This document shows, one piece after another, positions 39,023 to 49,570 of a DNA stretch of 64,000 nt (positions are counted from its first letter, which is position 1; the number at the start of each line of letters is the position of its first letter). The stretch covers positions 18,020,380 to 18,084,379 of the forward strand of contig JARDVH010000149.1 of assembly GCA_030324005.1 (NCBI GenBank). The letters are read 5' to 3'. The position numbers and the translations under genes are program-made. The notes below the pieces were generated by a model. That model was not told the origin of the DNA. It saw only the letters and a program-made list of their open reading frames with translations, and ran no database searches. This stretch comes from Negaprion brevirostris (lineage: Eukaryota).

Positions 39023-39112
39023 GCTCAAACTGTGTGGACTGTACAGTGAATTCCCTCCAAGACCATCACTGTATCCGCCCGTCTGATTGATAACATGACG
39101 CAGGGAATCCAC
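39023..39112 (-). CDS. PBX3: PBX3 coding exon (exon 8 equivalent), dual reading frame
   Basis: 90 nt between ttttgcttcAG and GTAAGG; frame a [30 protein letters not shown]; frame b (joined directly to exon 6) [15 protein letters not shown]-stop. Confidence 0.95.
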
Positions 39113-40971
39113 CTGAAGCAAAAGCAAACAAAAAGGAACATGTCAGACTTGATGCAACAGAGCTGTCTTTCTCTAACAGGAAATTATCTGCTAGATTGAG
39201 ATGAGTAANNNNNNNNNNNNNNNNNNNNNNNNNNNNNNNNNNNNNNNNNNNNNNNNNNNNNNNNNNNNNNNNNNNNNNNNNNNNNNNNNNNNNNNNNNNN
39301 NNNNNNNNCTTGCCATACTGCCTTCATTATATTAGGATATGTCATTTCATTTTAAATATTTTAAGCTACTGCCCATTATGTTAAAATTTGCTTTTTAAAG
39401 ATGTCAGGCTAAGCTTACTAAGCGTACTGAATTCTGCAATTTCTGCCAAAGGGTTCCTATAATTTTATTTTGCACCCAATAAATAAATTACAGGCAAAGG
39501 CTTTCTACAGCCAGTCAGCATGCTGTCTGTCAGTATCAATTTAATGGATCACTCTTAACAGAGTGCAGTCACTTACTGACACTTTTTACACAAATGACCA
39601 CATTGAGGATGATAAACAGTGAAAAACTCCACTGTTTTCTTGTAATATAGCCTATGCTTTGATAAATGATAACCATGTTACTGCACGAACACTAGTACTG
39701 TACTCACCTTATGCCATTTACTTAAAAACATCATTAAGAGTAATACTTATAATATAGTCATTCTGTATGTTAATTGCTGCCTTTTTGTCCATTTACATGG
39801 CTGAAAGAGAGGGAAAAAGTCTCAACACTTTTCAACTAAACTGGCTTAATTTATTTGGTGAATGTGGGTACCCAACCTCTCCCAGTGCCTCCAGTAACAT
39901 TTGAAACTTAAGACAGATACAGTCTTCAAACTTCTAGAATGAATCATTCTTATTTTGAAAGAAAGAAACAGGTTTCAAAAAACATAAGGCATGAAAAAAA
40001 AGAAAAGAAGGAAGTTGTGAATGAATATGGCAAAAGCTTACACCAATCATCAAATTCTTCAATTTTCCACCCGCCCCACCCCTAGTTGCTCAAGCCAGGA
40101 GCCGACTGCATTCACATAGTTTTAAAATCAGACATGGAACATCACAAATAACGGACTCAAAACAATAATGATAAATATCAAAGCAGCGGAATGGATAATT
40201 TAATTAATCTGTACTTTAGGTACAGAATATTTACTGGGCTATAGGTCAGAGTAAGGCAGTTTTAATTTCTAAGCCCTACTCTGCTACCTAGGCCCTAATA
40301 TTGNNNNNNNNNNNNNNNNNNNNNNNNNNNNNNNNNNNNNNNNNNNNNNNNNNNNNNNNNNNNNNNNNNNNNNNNNNNNNNNNNNNNNNNNNNNNNNNNN
40401 NNNNNNNNNNNNNNNNNNNNNNNNNNNNNNNNNNNNNNNNNNNNNNNNNNNNNNNNNNNCACAGAGGGCTTTATATCTCTCCCCAAAGTTCTCAAAAGAA
40501 AGAGCACACAAGAAAGAAACAGAAATCAGGAAACCGAGAAAAGAAAACAGCAGGCCTTCCATCGCATGAAAAGCATTAAGAAAACGGTGCAGAGTCTTTA
40601 CAGAATGAGGAGTTCCTTTTTTAAAAAATCTCTGTTCTGTCAAATAACAACCTACAAGGTTTGAACCACTGAATTCTGAAATGATGTTTGCTGGATTTAG
40701 AATGGGACACAGCCTATGGAGACACCATGGGACTTACCTTATTGGGAAATCATTGTTTTCAGAATCACCACAAAATTTTGAATTGAAATCTCAAATGCAA
40801 TTAGAGGTGGGGCTTAACATGAAAACCATGGCACCATTTAGTATAAGCAGTAACATAATTTTAACAGCTTGTTTCTTCTTTAAAAAAGTTTTTGCTTCTG
40901 ATAAAATTATGCTGCTTTATGGCAAACCATTACAACAAGTAGTGCACTGTGCGATGGAACCTTCCACTTAC

Positions 40972-41137
40972 CGGAGGTGGGTGTAGTAGGAGAGTTTGCT
41001 TGGCTGTTTTGGACAGCAGCTGCCACAGCATGTGCAGCGTTTACAGCGGTTTTTGCAGCATATAGGTTGGCTTCTTCTTGGAACTTTCCAATGTTCTTCT
41101 TGTACCTGATCCTTTTATTGCCAAACCAGTTTGACAC
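40972..41137 (-). CDS. PBX3: PBX3 coding exon (exon 6 equivalent), homeodomain helix 3 and C-terminal extension
   Basis: 166 nt between cctttcctcAG and GTAAGT; [55 protein letters not shown](G); [11 protein letters not shown] is diagnostic of PBX3; ends in phase 1. Confidence 0.97.
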
Positions 41138-42970
41138 CTGAGGAAAGGAGGATGCAGAGTGTCAAAAGACACAGCCAAGCGCTTTGCTATATTCTTACTT
41201 CAAGATGTCAAGTCACATTCACAATTCCCAACATTTTCTGTGGGTATCTCGACTAATTAAGCAATAATCAAAGATAGGTCGTAAGTTATTAGGGATTGGA
41301 GCATGTCACGATTCTGTCTGTCTCTTGGCAGAACAGAGATACACAAGGGATGATACATCTGCCATGGCATGCATTTTCAAGTTTACTGATGTGATTACAC
41401 TGGGAAAAAATGAAAAATATCAACCAAAACATTAATAATAAAAAAGTAATTGTTGATACATTAAATGCCACCTGCCAATCAAAAATTGTTATTGAGCTGG
41501 TTACAAAGTGCATTCTTTTCTCTGAGAAGTAAGTGGTAAGATGAGAAGGCCTGGAAAGGCCATTGTTCTTTGTTTCTGGTCTGGAACAACCTGGCAGCAC
41601 TACAATTTAAATCATGTTCAGTCAGATGAATATGAATAGAGTGATGTAAATCAATATTAAATGAGCTGGTGTTTTGTATTCTTCCTTTGAACATACTAGA
41701 ATCAGGATCTGTGTTGCATTAACCTGTGCAGGGATCCTTATAAATTGGTTAGTAATCGGTGTACTGTGGCCAACAAGGGCAAAGCTAGGATGATGGAGCA
41801 ATTTTATTTTCAAGAGTCAAAACATGATAACCGGAGAGCAAGTGAATTTGCTGTGTGTTCCAAAACAATGTCACTGGTGTTACATATTATTCACTCGACT
41901 TTACCAACACTCAGATTATTCATGAAAATAAGCACAACAATAAATACCTGGGAATGAGTCAGAGAGCAGTGACCCAATCAGATGACATAAAGTGCTAGAG
42001 CTAAGGCTGAATGATTCAGGAACTCCTGAGACTGGGTGTAGACCTTAACCCATACGTGTGTGCTGATAACTTTTTCACCCTTATGCTATTTACAATATTT
42101 TGTCTAATATCTTTTTTGCTGATTGTGTTGTTAAGGGAGTATTTCTATTACTGCTACAGAAAGAGAGCTGTTAACCTGGTGTTATGTGGAAGACTAGGGA
42201 GTAAACGTTCTTTCTTGTTTAAATTTGTATCTTAGTGGTGTGAGGAAAAGTGTTGCAGCAGTGCCGATGATAGTGAAAACACATTATAATCCTTTATAAA
42301 TATGTTTCATAATCCTTGGCAAGGTAGTTTAATTTTCTCTGGTAATACACTATTTAACATGTTCATCTAAAATTCTTTAGTATGGTATTTTAATGCGGCC
42401 ATTATCTTGTTATTTTAAGTGGGGTAACTGAATCACAAGAATATTAAAAGAAAATTCACATAAACATAAGCAGTGCACTACCAGGGGAAATTAAGGCGAT
42501 TTGGAGAGAATATCAACAAAGGGCTCATAAACTGACAGCAAAGTCCAAAAGGTTTCTGTAATCATTCAAATCCAAATATTTTTAGGGTGTAATGCTGGTT
42601 CTGCCAGCAAAACAGGCTGGTACAATCGGGGGACGCGAGAAACCAGGGCAAATCTTGGTTTTCACCTCTCACCCGATCTTGTTACCTCGCCTCGATAGTT
42701 GGGTGGGATGAGATCAGAAAATCATGCCCTTGATCTTTTTTAATGCGTACAATTTTCCATTCAGATTCTGTTGAGTTAATCATTAACTTTACTAATGTTA
42801 ATATTCCATTTGTCATTGTTACACTGTATACATTAAATTCATATGAATGGGGATGTTAAAATTTTGGTAATAATTTTGAATAACTCCACAATAATATTAA
42901 TACTAGAGAGAAAAAAGACTGTTACACTGATAAATTTTCTCTGGTAATGCACTATTACCAGAGAAAATTT

Positions 42971-43465
42971 GGGATGAGGAAATGGCTGAGGTCTTGAATA
43001 ACTTTTTTGTTTCGGTCTTCACGGAGGAGGACGTGAATAATTTGCCAGGTGTTANNNNNNNNNNNNNNNNNNNNNNNNNNNNNNNNNNNNNNNNNNNNNN
43101 NNNNNNNNNNNNNNNNNNNNNNNNNNNNNNNNNNNNNNNNNNNNNNNNNNNNNNNNNNNNNNNNNNNNNNNNNNNNNNNNNNNNNNNNNNNNNNNNNNNN
43201 NNNNNNNNNNNNNNNNNNNNNNNNNNNNNNNNNNNNNNNNNNNNNNNNNNNNNNNNNNNNNNNNNNNNNNNNNNNNNNNNNNNNNNNNNNNNNNNNNNNN
43301 NNNNNNNNNNNNNNNNNNNNNNNNNNNNNNNNNNNNNNNNNNNAGCTGCAGCCTCACCAGTGCCCTATACAGCTGCAGCAAGACCTCCCTACTTTTATAT
43401 TCAATCCCCCTCACTATGAATGGACACAGTACTCCAGCTGCGGCCTCACCAGTGCCCAGTTATAA
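42971..43465. mobile_element. CR1 ORF2 fragments flanking a gap (plus 42971-43054; minus 43344-43465)
   Basis: MAEVLNNFFVSVFTEED on plus; RGIEYKSREVLLQLYRALVR on minus. Confidence 0.75.
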
Positions 43466-45683
43466 AGAGGTCAGCAATTATGGTGAGGAAATCCCTCCAT
43501 AAGGTGGTCTGCAACTGTGGCCGGGTAGATATGGGAACTATGGTGAGGCCTTAATGTTTCTGGAGCACTGACCCCCGTCTGTCGTTTCTAAGCGTCTGCC
43601 GGGCTCCCAATGCTAAGGGAGGTACACTGGCCAACTGGAAGATTCCAATCAGCCTATGGTCAATGGCCTAAACTGGCCTTATAATTGAGCTTACAAGCTC
43701 CTTGCTGCTTGCCAATGGGAAGCCGTTCCATGCTTGACCCAGCCTCCAGGAAAATGCCTGGGAGTCAGCACTGTGCCTGGCTGATGTTGGGAAATTCCAC
43801 ACCTATCCACCTCCTTTTTTGTTCCCATATCTCCATCAAAATCCTTTCTTAGGAGTTCCATAAGCAAAATGAGAAGACAACTCTCCATCTAATTTTATCT
43901 CCCTCCTTAATATGAGAGGCATCTCACAGCAATGTACTTGATTAGGACAAAGCGGCAAAGTGTGGTAATTAAACATAGCCATTGCAACAGGAAAGGATAT
44001 AATCCAAGACATTGCAGTGCATTCCATTGGAACCATTTTAAAACCATTTTTCTTGTATGTTTTCTAAGTCATTCTGACCACAACATTTATGTTGTATTAT
44101 TTACCTTCAATGTTACATCACATACTACCAGGCATTGTCATCAGCAGACTACTGGGAAACATGCTATGCAGTATATCAGAGCACAACCATCCTCCAAGAA
44201 ATCCATCACAATTATTATAGTAATCATTAACAATTCCTGACTATTTAATAACTGAAGTATCCATATAGTGCAAACAGTCACAGATGCACAAAGATTAAAA
44301 AGAGCAACTATTCACCATGTGTAATAAATTCCAGGCTGTGCACTAAAATTTTACATCTTTAGCACCCATGTAAAATATGAGGAGAGATTTTGTACCACAT
44401 CAGATCCTCTACAGCACTCCAGACTCTGTGCTTCTTAATCTTTAATATCAAGGCAATTAAAATTAATGACCACTCATACAAACCACTGTGGGCAGTGTTT
44501 CCTTGACATTGGCTGTTTGATGAGTTTACCTTCAGGTTAACTAACAAGCAGGGTTTAATTGGAGCAAAGGAAAAAAGGACAATTATCTGATGTTCTTATC
44601 CTCAGAACTACAAAGGGAAGAAGAGCTGGATCTATACACAATTTAAAAAGCCTTTTCAAATATATTTCAAAAGAAAAAATACTTTTTGTCCAGCTTGAAT
44701 TTGTCTGGAAAAATATGATAACTAGAAATCATACAATCAATAAACTGTCAGGATGGAGGAAGCCCTATCAGCTTGCCTGTAACAGCTCATGTTTTTACTG
44801 CTGCTCCCAAGGTAATTGTAATATTATACTGATGTCTGCCCATTTCTGCTTCAAAACAGTCATCAGGTTTGAGCGCCAATGGTAGTACATTTTTAAACCA
44901 TAAAAGAAGATAGGATCCAAAATTCCATGGACTGTGTCTGATAAGAAGATAGATACATAATAATAGTAACGGCATATTTGTAACTACGGTGACATGTAAC
45001 TGTGTTTCTTCTTAGTTGGAGCATTTTGCTACGATCAGAATTGGAACATTATGTGTATCCTTGTGCAGCTAACCTGAATTCTAAATGAAAAGGTACAAAA
45101 GGATGGTATTGTTATTGCTAGCTTCAATCATGTTGTTGTTAAAATCTCTCAAAACTGCAGTTGTCCAAGGTAATGCCTTAAAAGCTTACTTACTTTGTTA
45201 AATGCTGCCCCAAAGATTTGTTTCAGATATTAAAATGTAAATTTAGCAAGATTATAATTTTTTAAGCCCCAGACAATGTGGTTACAGAGTTTTCACTGCA
45301 GCATTCTGTGTTTTAAATAGTTATAATAGGAATAAAACAGATCTTCACGAGTGCAGCTGTTTTATTCCATTCCACTTTAGGTGATTGCATCTTGTTTATT
45401 TTGGAGCTTCCTTGATAATTGGATAGGAGAGTATTTGTGCACTGATCAGAATGGGTGAACTCAGAATTTAAAATGAACAGAATGATTTATTGGGAACTTT
45501 GTAGGTCAGGAACAAGTACACCTCACCTGTTGAGAGGAATGGCTAGGTGTCTTTTTCACTTAGTGTTGTCTCCAAGATTACTTTCTTACTGAGGTTAAGA
45601 CACATTGTATTCTGAGAAGGTTTCCTCTCACCCCAACGTTTCCACAGCACTTTTGAAGATTTATTCTGCGCTGCAATACGATG

Positions 45684-45810
45684 ACACCAGGTTTAAGTCC
45701 AACCAGTTTATTTGGTAGTAATCCCAATGAACTGGTTGGACTTAAACCTGGTGTTGTGAGACTTCTTACTGTGTTTACCCCAGTCCAACGCCAGCATCTC
45801 CACATCATGT
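45684..45810 (+). mobile_element. Penelope-like terminal repeat remnant with inverted repeat
   Basis: acaccaggtttaagtccaaccagtt...aactggttggacttaaacctggtgt hairpin, then tgtgagacttcttactgtgtttaccccagtccaacgcc, a common shark PLE terminus. Confidence 0.55.
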
Positions 45811-46350
45811 CTGCAATATGATTCCATGACACTAGAAGTCATCTCTCGGCTTATTTAAGTTTGTCATGTGCAAACCTGGACAGGTTACGTAGCACATCAT
45901 ATTCAAGTCTAAAAAGGTCAGGCAAGCAAAAGATGGAGGGAAGCAACAAGTCAACATTTCAAACACTGCCCTTACTCTGTTATAGTTTCTAGTTCTTTTG
46001 AAGGGCAAAGCCTGAAAGGATGATTTGTAGCTTCTCTCCACAGTTGTTGGGCTTGACTTACTGGGTACTTCCTGCACGTTCTATGTTTGTTTCTGGACAT
46101 TATTTACAGTATTATATTTTTTGTTACGTTCAAACCTATTTCTGTTTTTGCTGAATATCTACATAGACAATGTATACCATTCAGGAGGAAACAGTAACTC
46201 ATATTCACTCCGGAGGAGAAAGATCAATTGCACATCTTAATGGACTGAAAGGTTTTTATGTTTTGTATGCCTTTACTATATGAATCTTCAGGTCACATTG
46301 TTAAACCTCATTATCAGGAAAACGTCACGACTGTTCTTAGTTTAAAACAT

Positions 46351-46659
46351 TAGAATCATACAGTGCAGATGGCGGCCATTTGGCCCACCGAATCTGCACT
46401 GTCCACAACCCTACCCAAGACCTATTCCTGTAACGCCACGTATTTACCTTGCTAATCCCCTGACACTAAGGGGCAATTTAGCATGGCCAATCAACCTAAC
46501 CCACACATCTTTGGACTGTCGGAAGAAACTGGAGTACCCGGAGAAAACCCATGCAGACATGGGGTGAATGTGCAAACTCCACACAAACAGTGACCAAGGT
46601 TGCAATTGAACCCAGATCCCTGGCGTCGTGAGGTAGCAATGCTAACAACTGTGCCGCCC
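46351..46659 (-). mobile_element. V-SINE, tail A
   Basis: Full head, V domain and CR1-like tail on the minus strand. Confidence 0.85.
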
Positions 46660-46851
46660 TGGTCCGATTTCACTTTATTAAATTAAATTACTATAAGCAC
46701 TTCTGTTAAATGGCAAATCAATGGCTTAGAATGTTCGAATATAAATGTGGGATGACCTTGGTTTTCCTAATTGAATCTTGGACTGCATTAATTCAGGCTC
46801 CTCCAACAATACAATAAAGTTAATTTGTTGTGTAACTTTTTCTGTAAAGTA

Positions 46852-47152
46852 GGGCAGCACAGTGGCACAATGGTTAGCACTGCTGCCTCACAACGCCAGG
46901 GACCCAGTTTAATTCCCACCTTGGGTCACTGCACAGTTTGCACGTTCTCCCAGTATCCGTGTGGATTTTCTCTGGATGCTCCGGTTTCCTCCCACAATCT
47001 GAAAGAAATGCTGGTTAGGTGCATTGGCCATGCTAAATTCTCCCTCAAGTAGCCAAACAGGCATCGGAGTGCAGCAGGCAACTTGGGGACTTTCGCAGTA
47101 GCTTCATTGCAGTGTTAATGTGAGCGTATTTGTGACACTAATAAATAAACTT
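46852..47152 (+). mobile_element. V-SINE, tail B
   Basis: gggcagcacagtggcacaatggttagcactgctgcctcac...cttcattgcagtgttaatgt...taataaataaac. Confidence 0.85.
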
Positions 47153-49075
47153 CAAACTTAAATTTTACTGGTCACAAAGAGCTTTATCCTCTGATGTGAA
47201 CGTGCTAGCCATAGATTCCTTAAACTGTGCAGTGCAAGATGGTTCTTGTACTTCAACAATATGTGGGAGAGATATGTAAAATGCTACCTTAATTCACTAA
47301 TTAAGCAATACAAAAGTACTATTTGTTTTAGGCTTGGTGATGACAACACCAAGACGTCACTAAATAGATTTGTAATTGCATGTAGAAAAGTTGGATTAAG
47401 CCAATTCTAATGTAGCCTCGAGTGAGATAACTATGCTGCTGAGAAAAACTTCTATATAAAAGGCTGAAATGTAATTTGACTTGGAATATGATACGGCAAT
47501 TATTTTTGTAAAATCAGTCAATCTGCAGTTCATCCAGTCAGGTAATTGTATTCCCTTAATAAAACCTGGGGTGTTTCTCATTAGAGTGTCAGACAAATAT
47601 TACTGCCATAAGGTGATAAGAATCAGAGAGTGAATAGTCTTAAAGTTGCATCAACAAATTTCTCACCTAACTTTAACAATGGTTGCAAAATCCTACAAGC
47701 TGTGCTTAAAGAGCAGAATAGGCTAACAGAAGCGATGAGTGAAATTGGGATATCTGCCAAAAGTTATTGGAGGACCTGGCACATCATCTTGGAAGCCTTC
47801 CATTGACTATAACAAGGCACTTGCCATGGGTATAGAGCTGTCAAAAAAGGACAGAAATATTTTAAGTCTACATATTAATGATCCTGAGGTGAATATTCCC
47901 ATTCCACCAGCCACAGGAATCGTGGCAGGCGAGGGGCAGACCATGGAAAGGTTTGTTGTTCTCGGGCGAGATTTTCTGGTTTTGGGGCAAATACAGCCAG
48001 AAAATTCCTCCCACTGTGTCCAGATTTAGGGGGAAGTTTTATGAAGCTTGTATGAGTAAGAAACACAGTGTATGGGATGATTTAATTCAGCAGGATGTGA
48101 AATTACCATTTCCCAATGGCGGGTTGAGATGTAGTGATGAAGTCATCAGCATATGTGTGGTGTGATGAGCCTTATTCCTGTAGCAGCTTCCTACTTGTAA
48201 TACATATACATTCCATGAAAATTGATTAGTAAAATGTTTTAAAAATTACCTCCTATCTTCAAGATCATTCACTGGCACACGAGAATCTTGCGGCATGTTT
48301 GTATGCAAGAGTTGGCTGTGTGTAGTTGTGTGTAAGGTCATCAGTTTTCCTTGTTTAAATCAACAGCATAAGGAAGGGGAACAAGAGAATGACAGCTGGG
48401 CTGGAAGGTCAGGACCGGCAAGAGTGGTCAGTGGGTGTGGAGTGAGGTCACGTACATGGAGGAATGAATGAGAGATGCAGGGGAGGGTAGAAGATGAGAT
48501 TAGGTGGCGTAGCGGAGTGATGTGGGAAGGGCCTGGTGTCTTGGGTGTGGTGCGTAGAGAGGTGGGGAGAATAGTCAGTCAAGATAAGAAAATAAGGAGC
48601 TTGTAGGGCTGTGTCAGCACTGTGCAAATATATGTCCATATCAGGGTGTTAGCTGGCAGACTTCTCACAACGGATTTGAGTTTGCCTGCAACATTTCAGC
48701 TATCTCCATTGAGAGGGAGCCTCAGATAATATTCTTTAAAATGGGCAGGAGGGAGAACCAGCTAAGCCTATATGTTCACCCATGTCCCACAGAGCAGTGA
48801 GTTCAGCAGTGGAAACTAACATGAACATTCACAAAAGAGTGAACAAGAAAACCACAACATTGTTTCTTGCAAAATAAAGACCCTAAACTCCGTGTAACCA
48901 TCAATGTATGCCAATTATGAAGCATGCCTCTTAACTCCCCAACTAAACTACTCAATAAATAATGATGATGCATATATGAATAAAGTGAAACAAAANNNNN
49001 NNNNNATGTAATGTGAAATCCTTACAAGTGGAATTTAATTTTGAAAACCTCCATGTCACCTTTGCACTCTCAGTT

Positions 49076-49570
49076 CAAAGAACAAAACAAAGAACAAAGA
49101 AAATTACGGCACAGGAACAGGCCCTTTGGCCCTCCAAGACTGCACCGACCATGCTGCCTGACTTAACTAAAACCCCCTACCCTTCCAGGGACCATATCCC
49201 TCTATCCCCATCTCATTTATGTACTTGTCAAGATGACCCTTAAAAGTCACTATCGTATCCGCTTCCACTACCTCCCCAGTAACAAGTTCCAGGCACCCAC
49301 CACTCTCTGTAAAAAATCTGCCTCGTATATCTCTTCNNNNNNNNNNNNNNNNNNNNNNNNNNNNNNNNNNNNNNNNNNNNNNNNNNNNNNNNNNNNNNNN
49401 NNNNNNNNNNNNNNNNNNNNNNNNNNNNNNNNNNNNGCTGGTTAGGTGCATTGGCCATGCTAAATTCTCCCGCAGTGCACCTAAACAGGTGCCAGAGTGT
49501 GGCAATGAGGGGATTTTCACAGTAACTTCATTGCAATGTTAATGTAAGTCTATTTGTGACATTAATAAAC
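49076..49570. mobile_element. Antisense CR1 3' end (49076-49336), gap, V-SINE tail B (49436-49570)
   Basis: RDIRGRFFTE..EVVEADTIVTFKGHLDKY on minus; gctggttaggtgcattggccatgctaaattc plus tail B on plus. Confidence 0.75.

Noticed and set aside
39700-40745. Strong minus-strand donor-like sites (AG|GTGAGT near 39707; AG|GTAAGT near 40737) as exon 7 ends
   Set aside because: Upstream sequence has no similarity to the PBX exon 7 peptide
46852-46925. tRNA-like sequences with A/B boxes
   Set aside because: These are SINE heads continuing into the V domain; no complete cloverleaf
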